Assembly (NCBI GenBank): GCA_951406725.2
Contig: OX597838.1
Span: 4,650,001 to 4,714,000 of the forward strand
Source: Octopus vulgaris
Taxonomy: Eukaryota
Direction: 5' to 3'
DNA: 64,000 nt
A program made the translations under genes and the position numbers. The notes under the pieces are model-generated. The model was given only the letters and a program-made list of their open reading frames with translations. It made no database searches and was not told the DNA's origin. The first letter of the stretch is position 1, and each line of letters opens with the position of its first letter. Shown piece after piece: positions 53,603-64,000 of the stretch.

Positions 53603-54399
53603 TTATTATCCTACAATTGTTTCAATTCAGACCCAATAATAAATTTATAAACGTTCATGTTTATGGGTATGAATCTCCGAGAAATATTTAAGAAAAACTA
53701 TACATGAGGATATTTAGATCCTAGAAGAGACTGACTGAATTCAGGATCTAAAGGTGCTGATATGTAATGTATGTGTTTGTGTTCTTCTTACTGTAAAAAA
53801 AGGGCGGGCTGTTGTCTGTCATGCAAAGGGCTGGGTTCAGTCATGCTTAAAATCCCTCATTGATTGTGCATTCCAGAAAAGATTTGAATTCCCAAGGCAG
53901 GACCATAACTCTCATTCTATGGTACTCGATGAAACGAGCACAAAAGCTGAGATCATTATTTGACGGCAGGGCAAATCATACGAAGCCAAATGAATTGATG
54001 AAACCTCGGAAACATGAAGATATGGGGTGGGGGAAATTGGGCGTGGGTACAATTTGAAATCTGGGCGTAAACGGAAGAATGTTAAAAGGAAATGCTACCG
54101 GAGACATTACATGACAGAAAGCAGAGTTGGGGAAGAGGCGAAGGTGAGAGAACACGGGATCCGTAAGTAAATACATGAGTGAGGCGTTTAGTTCAGAAGA
54201 TATTAAAGACAGCGTTCATATGACAACTCTACACTCAACGGACAATTATGGAAAAGACGAGGAAATGAAGACAAGATAAGCATACGTACATTCACGTACA
54301 TAGATATATATGAAGATATCAAACTACCTCCCTACATAGTACATATATACATCATACATACATTTATATATACATATACATAATTACATACATATATAT

Positions 54400-54430
<31 letters not shown>

Positions 54431-54440
54431 TATACATTAC

Positions 54441-54483
<43 letters not shown>

Positions 54484-54740
54484 CCTACATACATATATAT
54501 ATATATATATACATACATATATAAATATATATATTTATAGAAATGTATATATATACATATATACAAATGCATACATACAAATATATATATAAATATATTT
54601 ATATGTACATACATATATGTATATAGGTATATATATATATATTTGTATAAATGTATATATTTATGTATTTATATATGTACATATATATGTGTGTGTCTGT
54701 CTAACTATGTATATATATGTAAAGTATATATATATGTAAA

Positions 54741-54783
<43 letters not shown>

Positions 54784-54912
54784 AAGAGAGTTAGAGAGAG
54801 AGAGAAACACACATGCATGTGTATGTATTAAGATCTTATTAAATGACTATGCGAATATAATTAGAAAAACCACGGAAAAAACATCAAAGCGCCACGATGA
54901 TGAGGATTATAA

Positions 54913-54982
<70 letters not shown>

Positions 54983-55186
54983 CAATAATAATGACAATAA
55001 TAATAATAATAATAATCAGAATAATAGCAATGATAATAATAATAAAAATAATGACAATAAAAACAGTGATAATCATGTAATATTGATAACAACTACAAAA
55101 ATAGCAATAATAATAAAAAATCTAAGAATAATGATGGGATACCTACTATTACTACAACTACTGGTGTTGCTACTACTACTACTACA

Positions 55187-55252
<66 letters not shown>

Positions 55253-55792
55253 ACTACTACTACCACCACCACTACTAATACAATGATAACAAAGTTAGAA
55301 TTGATTAAGAAGAAATATCAATAACAATGACATACGTATTTAATTAAGATCACAAATTAAATTAAAACGCTTTCACACAGATATAAATATTTGCATTTAT
55401 GTGTGTGTGTATATATATATTTATATAAATATATATACATATATATATATATGTATATATATATATGTGTGTGTGGATGCGTGTGTATACATCGATATAT
55501 GTGTGTTTGAGTGTATGTATTGTTATGCATATAACATTATGTGTATCTACATATATGTATGCATACATACATATATATACATATATATTGTATATATATA
55601 TATATATATAAATATGCATATATACATACACACGCATACACACACACATGCATAGTCGTATATGTCATGTATGTGCAGGAATTAAGTTTTATTGTGATGG
55701 AAATATTTCTTGGACTCCGACATTTCTATAATACTAGTTCCCGTGCGCTTGTTGCTCATATACATACATAATACATACATACATACATACAT

Positions 55793-55922
<130 letters not shown>

Positions 55923-56604
55923 ATATGTGTGTATATATATGTATGTATCTATGTATGTATATATATATATACATATCTATCTATCTATCTATATATATGT
56001 GTATATATATGTATGTATCTATGTATGTATATATATATATATATTTATACATATATGTATATATGTATATATATACATGAATGTATATATATATATATAC
56101 ATACATTCATGTATATATGTATATATATACATATATATGTACAAATATATATAAATATGTATGTATATATATATATGTGTGTAATTATATATACGTACTC
56201 CTGTTGTGGACGTGTGTTTGCGTGTGTATCAGTAAGTAACTCAGTATGTATATGTATAATAACTACTGGTGTATGTGTGAGCGTAAATTAAAAGTAATTT
56301 ATAAGTTAAATGAAAAACAAAAAACATTGCACAAAATCGGATTTTAAAGCTAATGAAATTTTCTTTTAAAATAAAGGGGTTTTAACTAATTATATTAATG
56401 TATAGAGAAATTTGTTGATTTTCAATATAAAACACACGGATAGCTACACAACAAATATCTGTCTGTCTGTATGCATGTACATGTCTTTATAATTATGTAC
56501 GTACATATATGCAACGTATGTACACATACATATATACTGTATATATTTCTATGCATGTACATATATCTAAGCATGTAGCTATGTGCATTTATTTACACTA
56601 TATA

Positions 56605-56652
<48 letters not shown>

Positions 56653-56669
56653 TCTAAGTTTGCTGAACT

Positions 56670-56755
<86 letters not shown>

Positions 56756-56911
56756 TGAAATAGAGAGAGACAGGTAGAATACATATGCATTTCTATTTTA
56801 CGTACACACATATATATGTATGTAGATATGCATATACATATATATATATATGTCTATATGTGTATGTTTAAATATATATGCATTTATATATATATATATA
56901 TTTATAGATAT

Positions 56912-56987
<76 letters not shown>

Positions 56988-57251
56988 TTCTCTCTCTATA
57001 TATATATAGATATGTGTGTGTGTGTGTGTGTGTGTGTCTATGTATCTTATCTTTTAAAAAGGGAAGTCATACAATCTGCCTGAAGCTGTGAATCTATATT
57101 TGAATGACGCATTCTTAATTTGTGTTGAACAGTGTAAAACAAAGACAGCAAAAATCTATACTGTTGAGATTTTGGTTAATGTAAACTAGCGAGGGCTAAT
57201 TATTGTTTAATGGGATTTCTTCATCAACAAATAATGCCTATATACATATAA

Positions 57252-57298
<47 letters not shown>

Positions 57299-57306
57299 CA
57301 TCACAC

Positions 57307-57358
<52 letters not shown>

Positions 57359-57366
57359 GTGTGTTG

Positions 57367-57408
<42 letters not shown>

Positions 57409-58051
57409 CACACACACATACATTGAGATCTATACATATATCTCTATATAAATATAGTCATATACATGCACACGCACATACGCCCCATCACAGACACACA
57501 AAGAAACCTATATATAGACACACACACACACACGCGCGCGCATATATATATATATATATATATTTATATATTTAAAGATAAGCTACAAACAACTTGTCGA
57601 ATGAAATGATAAGAGGAATTTTGTTTTGTAAACGAAACGGAAATAAGAGTCTTAGAAATGATAATAGTTGATAAGTAAATGAATTGTTGTTTAAAGTTTT
57701 ATGTTGTATTGTTTTTCCGAAGTTATCTTCTAATTTTATATTTCAGCATTGTGAAGCAAGATATTCCGATTGTAATGCTAATTAAACGTTATAAAACAAA
57801 CGATTTGAGACGGAAAAGAGCAATGGCGACAGATAATCCACCAGAACTTGAGACATCTCTCTTATCCTGCGTTATTTTGTTTCTAATAAGTGTTAATTAA
57901 TTATAATTATGTTACTCAAAATTTTACATTAATCGAAATAATTCTATCTATTTGTAAGGGTGTATGTAATGTTATGTGAATTAATTAAAATTCTGATGTA
58001 TTAATTAGCTGTTAAGCTAAAGATTCATTGCCAAAAGAAAAGTATTACAAA

Positions 58052-58110
58052 TCCAACGGCTGTTTCTGGGAATTCCATTGTACATTGAGATGAGTCTCCG
58101 TCTTCAGGGA
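58052..58110 (-). ncRNA. Type I hammerhead-like motif with long, decayed stem II
   Basis: Minus strand UCC CUGAAGA CGGAGACUC..GAAUUCCCA GAAAC AGCC GU U GGA. Confidence 0.5.
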
Positions 58111-58329
58111 AGAGACCATACATTTGAATCTCTTCCTTGATGACGGAGGTTCGTTTCCTCCTATAATGGAATCAGTCTACAAACTTTTGTGTATTAATAT
58201 ATGAGCGTGTATGTGTGTATGTATGTTTATATATGCATATATGCATATCATATATCTATATATGCATACACGTTTACTATATATACTTTTATATATATTC
58301 ATAAAACATTTATATATATATATACACGA

Positions 58330-58528
58330 TGCAGCACGGATTTTTGTCAGTGAACAGGTCGCGGATTTTAGCGACGAAAATATTTTGACAAATTAAACTT
58401 AAATGTTGAAGTGAATCGAACGGCTTATGTGTGTTTCTTAAATGGCTTATAAACACCTTCCACGCTGCAATTGTTTTCGTTTCAGCACACGATCTCAGAT
58501 CAAATTACTTGCTATGCGAGTACATCTC
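58330..58528 (+). mobile_element. Short Penelope-like-derived element, paralogue of 4112-4312
   Basis: See 4112-4312; embedded in TA-rich microsatellite. Confidence 0.7.
58343..58392 (+). ncRNA. Minimal hammerhead-like motif with G3-C8 core variant
   Basis: UUUGUCA GUGAACA G GUCGC GGAUUUUA GCGAC GAAA AUAU UU UGACAAA: 7-bp stem I, 5-bp stem II, palindromic AAUAUU stem III. Confidence 0.6.
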
Positions 58529-58563
58529 CGTAATATATATATATATATAAATATATATGTGAG

Positions 58564-58669
<106 letters not shown>

Positions 58670-59321
58670 AATATATCTATCTATCTCTTTCTATATATAT
58701 ATATGTGTGTGTGTGTATGCATATATATATATGCTTACATGTACATATATATGTATTTGTGTGTCTATGTCTGTATGTAAAAAAGTATGCTTGCATGCGT
58801 ATACATACGCAAACATACATGTACAGAAAAATGATAGAGTAACAGGCATTTATAATATTCTTGACAGACGATGCTGAAGTGTTCAGCCTCTTCTTGTTTT
58901 TACTGACTTTTTAAGTAAAATCGGTAAAGGCATCCTGGCAGAATAATATTTTCACTTTGTAAATTTTCTGTTAGGCTTCACTGAGCGGGTGGAATGCGAT
59001 TGGTATGTGGCTTGACGCGCTGTCTATTCACAGAGACCACAGGCTTGTCAAAAAACCGAAAGGAAACAAGAAAAGAAAGTTGAATGTGGCAGCAATATCG
59101 GTGGAATGGAAACTTCGACAAATAGACAGACAGACAGACAGAGATGTAGAATGAGAAGCAAAAAGAAAATAAAATGATAAATTTATGTGTTCAATGGCAA
59201 TCAATACTAAAAAAGCCATAATGAAGTATAAAAAGCAACAACAGTCGTTTATAGCTAATATTATTAGTTTGACGTTCAAAGAAAAGGAAGTGTTATATAA
59301 GAAAAGTTATTGAGTAGAAGA

Positions 59322-59352
59322 ATAACGTTTCGGACATAGTCCTTTGTCGGAT
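59322..59352 (-). ncRNA. Decayed minimal hammerhead-like motif
   Basis: Minus strand AU CCGACAA A GGAC UAU GUCC GAAAC GUU AU; same geometry as 33640-33672 with two core substitutions. Confidence 0.4.
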
Positions 59353-59952
59353 ATACGGAGAAACGTCTAGGTATGAGGAGGAAAACAGATGAGAAATTAG
59401 GAGAGATCCAGGAGTACAAAAAAGCACGCGAATAACTCATACGTTTGATCTCTGACTCACCGGAAGTGTGAAAAGAAATTGCCTTTATTTTGTACAAGCA
59501 TCAATGAAATAACCAAAACAAAAAGAAACCATGTTAAAGTTATGTACATCTGTGTGCCATGGAGGAAGTGATATCGAAATATTTTTCGCGTCCGGGAATC
59601 GATTTTCGTCGGCTTAATGAAAAAAAAACTGTTCTGCCTGTTTGCGCCATGGCACACCTAATCTATCTGGTCCAGCGCTCTTTTTACTTGAAAGGAATTT
59701 ACAGCTACGTACGCTTTCTGTTTAGGAAAATTAACGAAACATAAACCCTAATTAGGTTTAATTTAATGAAGCAGAATATTATTCTACATAGTAGCTTCCT
59801 GTCTATGGCTTCTTCATTATTTTCCCGATATGTGTCACTGTTTATAGATAATGTCCCATTTTTTAAACGCTTATGTAGAATGCTGAGGCATAAAATCCGA
59901 AATCATACTGAGATTTATTAGTGGTGTGGTATATAACCACCAGAGGACCAAA

Positions 59953-60001
<49 letters not shown>

Positions 60002-60029
60002 TATGTAATAACGATAAACGAAAAACATC

Positions 60030-60325
60030 GCCCTTTGCAAGCCTAGCCAGGCCCATGAGCCCGGTTTCCCGGTTTCTGTGGCGTATGCTTTCCCCCCCAG
60101 CTGGATGGGACGCCAGTCTATCGCAGCGTTACTCAAGAAACAGGAAGAGAGAGTGAGAGAAAGTTTAGGCGAAAGAGTACAACAGGGGTCGCCACCATCC
60201 CATGCCGGAGTCTCGTGGAGCTTTTAGGTGTTTTCGCTCAATAAACACGCACAACGCCCGGTCTGGGAATCGAAACCGCGATCCTCCGACCGCGAGACCG
60301 CTGCCCTAGCCACTGGGCCATTGCG
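60030..60325 (-). mobile_element. SINE family A (tail type 2)
   Basis: Family A head and body on minus strand; tail CTGCGATAGACTGGCGTCCCATCCAG..GAAACCGGGAAACC as at 18224; abuts a SINE B 3' fragment (60326-60440). Confidence 0.9.
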
Positions 60326-60777
60326 TTTGTTTACGTCTCCAGTAACGTAGCGGTTTGGCAAAGCAAATGAATAAATAGCAAACTTTGAAAAATAAGATTG
60401 CTGGTGCCCCAGCAAGGGCGCAATACAATAATCGAAATAAATAACAGATAAACTATAAGAAGGTAAAAAAAATTAAAAGACAGATGTAAAAAATGAGTGG
60501 AGAGCAGGATCGCCATTTAAATTTCAAATGAAATGCTATTAGCCTTATTACTGGCTATTTTTAAAAGAAATAATAAGCGAATACAAAATAATGGAGGATA
60601 ATTTGAGAAATAACAAATAGCTGCCTGGGGCGTAATGAGATTTTTCTGAATTAAAAATATGTGCTTTGATACTTTGCAAACAACTGTAAATCTCGCCTTT
60701 TGCATAATCGTAATCTACTTTTGTTTTGTGGCAAAATAAATTGGAATCTTGCAACAGACACAAGCTCTATAATGATG

Positions 60778-60779
<2 letters not shown>

Positions 60780-60810
<31 letters not shown>

Positions 60811-61151
60811 CATAATAATAATAATAATAATAATAATAATATTGATAATAATATTGAAGATGATAATAATAATGACAATAATAATAACAATAATGATGAT
60901 GATAATAATAATGACAATAATAATAACAATAATGATGATGATGATGATGATAATAATAATAATATTAACAATAATAATATTAATAATAATAATAATAATA
61001 ATAATGATAATAATAATGATGATGATAATAATAATAATGACAATAATAATAACAATAATGATGATAATGATGATGATGATGATAATAATAATAATATTAA
61101 CAATAATATTAACAATAATAATATTAATAACAATAAATACATAACAGTAAA

Positions 61152-61200
<49 letters not shown>
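60780..61200. repeat. (AAT/GAT/AAC)n tract with internal higher-order units
   Basis: GATGATAATAATAATGACAATAATAATAACAATAAT recurs three times. Confidence 0.9.
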
Positions 61201-61204
<4 letters not shown>

Positions 61205-61402
61205 CATAACAAAAGCACCAGGACTTATAAACACATATAACATACAGGAAATTGCACTACTGGGCACTGCGCACATCCTACGGAAAACACTTTCAATACA
61301 GTAACCATCAGAGCATCACAACAAATCACAGCACATACCCAAGGCACACAGAGCTGCGCTCGGTAGTGAAGTGAAAGCACGCTATAAAAATAAAACTATT
61401 GC
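61200..61402 (+). mobile_element. R4/Dong-clade non-LTR retrotransposon 3' end (family 1)
   Basis: KYITKAPGL..YNIQEIALLGTAHILRKTL* (R4/Dong C-terminal Q..ALLGTA.ILR motif) plus 3' UTR; (AAT)n on both sides. Confidence 0.85.
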
Positions 61403-61432
61403 ATAATAATATTAATAATAATAACAATAATG

Positions 61433-61476
<44 letters not shown>

Positions 61477-61477
<1 letters not shown>

Positions 61478-62038
61478 CTGTGAAACCGTATGGCATATTA
61501 TCAGCAAATGTACGCCAATGTAGCCCAGAAGGAATATAAGAGACGCCACGACAATATAGCCAGGCTTCTCCATTGGACACTTTGCAACAAGTATGGAATT
61601 GACAGAGCAAAAAATTGCTACGACCACAAACCGGATGGCATCGTCGAAAAAGAAATGCAAATATCCTATGGGATTTTATGATTCAGTGCGACTATGAGAC
61701 AGAGAATAGGAAGCCAGACATAGTCTTAATTGAGAAACAAAACAAACTATGCTGGGTCATAGATACAGCATGCCCAGCTGACAACAAGGTATGCGATAAG
61801 GAAGAAAGAAAAGTCGAGAGATATGACAGGTTAGCTTGGGAAGTTAAGCAGTTGTGGTCGATGAAAAAGGTAGCAGTAGTACCAATAATTGTCTGAGCCC
61901 TGGGAACAGTGAGCAAAAATCTCGAGAAGTACGTGGAACAGATAGGGGCTGCAATAAGGGTGGAGCACTTACAGAAAGCAGCACTGCTTGGAACCGCTCG
62001 AATACTCCGGAAGGTGCTCGAAAAATAAGAGGTGTTAT
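61477..62038 (+). mobile_element. R4/Dong-clade retrotransposon fragment: restriction-like endonuclease domain (family 2), pseudogenised
   Basis: ETVWHIISKC, YKRRHDNIA..LHW.LC, ILWDF.IQ.D....RKPDIV.......IDTACP.D.....[35 protein letters not shown]; two frameshifts and a stop. Confidence 0.93.
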
Positions 62039-62048
62039 CTTTCTATCC

Positions 62049-62131
<83 letters not shown>

Positions 62132-62148
62132 CCTCTCTCCTTCCCACA

Positions 62149-62216
<68 letters not shown>

Positions 62217-62275
62217 CTGTCTTTGTCTGTCTGCCTATCTCTCTCCCTATCACTCCACATATATATATATATATA

Positions 62276-62583
62276 ACCGTGATCCCCGTGACCGACCAGG
62301 CTATCAGATGTTGCTACACATCGCTGGTCACAATGCGCTTCTCATTGTTTTAGCCTTCAAATGACGCCACCCCGCTGGCTAAGCGAGCAAGCCAACAGAA
62401 GAAATAATGAGAGAAAGTTGTGGCGAAAGAGTACAGCAGGGATCGCCACCACCCACTGCCGGAGCATCGTGGAGCTTTAGGCGTTTTCGCTCAATAAACA
62501 CTCACAACGCCCGGTCTGGGAATCGAAACTGCGATCCTACAACCGCGAGTCCGCTGCGCTAACCACTGGGCCATTGGGCCTCC
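62276..62583 (-). mobile_element. SINE family A (tail type 3)
   Basis: Family A head and body on minus strand; different tail GCTTAGCCAGCGGGGTGGCGTCATTTGAAGG..GCCTGGTCGGTCACG then (TA)n. Confidence 0.9.
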
Positions 62584-62584
62584 A

Positions 62585-62651
<67 letters not shown>

Positions 62652-62652
62652 T

Positions 62653-62687
<35 letters not shown>

Positions 62688-62906
62688 TCTCATTATCTTT
62701 TATTAAACTTTTGATACTTTTGATATATATTTAAAATAATATAAATTAATTTATTTTATGTATTGGCTTAAGTTTTTCATTGTTTGATTTGCCTAATAGT
62801 GGTTTTATCTCTAATTTAATATAATATAATATTTTGATATAAAATTGGATTCAATCCTAAATCTGATTTTACCCTGTAAGTTTGGATTTATTCCCTAATA
62901 TTTTAT

Positions 62907-63022
<116 letters not shown>

Positions 63023-63051
63023 CATACATATATATATACATACATATATAT

Positions 63052-63096
<45 letters not shown>

Positions 63097-63293
63097 TATT
63101 TACTAAACAGTGGTTATCATGGATGCTGTTCGTAGAAAAGTTTCCTAGAGTTATTGTCTTATGTCAACATTGTATATTCTAAATTACATAGCGCTTATAT
63201 ATATTTTTTTCTCTTCTCCTTCAAAACTATTCAGTCTGAAAGCGAACGGCGCACACTCACGAACTCACACGCACATACATCCACACAGAAACG

Positions 63294-63351
<58 letters not shown>

Positions 63352-63558
63352 GAGATAGACAAACGCGAACTAAATAAACGTTCTTTTACGATTATTAGAT
63401 TACTACAACTATTTAGACAAACATCAATCATTTAAGGTTTTAGAAAGACATTTCAAATAATAATACACATTCTGAGTTACCCAGTTGTCTTAGAAGTTCA
63501 CATACACACACATGTATATATATGTACACACACACACACATATATATACACACACACG

Positions 63559-63650
<92 letters not shown>

Positions 63651-64000
63651 CATATCTATATATACATATATACATACATATATATATATATATATATACA
63701 TATCTATAAATACATATATACATACATACATATAGATATATATACATGTATATATATATATATTTACATATATCCATACACACAGACACAGGCACACAGA
63801 CAATTACATACACACACACATATATGATAATTTACGTATATAATAATATATACGTATACATATATAGATGCAGAAATATATATATATATATATATATATA
63901 TATCGTTTACATATATAGATACATATATTTAATCTACATATCTTTCTCTCTTTATATATCTGTAGATATCTTTCAATATATATATATATGTATATGTATG

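Overview
AT-rich, repeat-saturated eukaryotic non-coding DNA (intergenic or intronic). The SINE and microsatellite landscape looks like an Octopus-type cephalopod genome (inference from recalled repeat families, not checked by search). No intact host protein-coding gene is supported; nearly all listed ORFs are translations of (TA)n, (CA)n, (CTAT)n, (ATT/ATC)n or (CCA)n tracts. Recognisable elements: three tRNA-derived SINE groups (called A, B, C here; >25 copies, several with clear target-site duplications), a 5'-truncated CR1/L2-group LINE (RT domain, one premature stop) whose 3' end matches SINE tails, RTE, R4/Dong, probable BEL/Pao and Penelope-like (GIY-YIG C-terminus) fragments, two mariner-derived MITEs, a tRNA-Thr(CGT)-like remnant, several palindromes and minisatellites. 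The most notable signal is a set of short elements, mostly in or next to (TA)n tracts, carrying type I minimal hammerhead-ribozyme folds. One family has a G3-C8 swapped catalytic core (GUGAACA), is identical across the fold in two copies 54 kb apart, and sits in a segment inverted between those copies.
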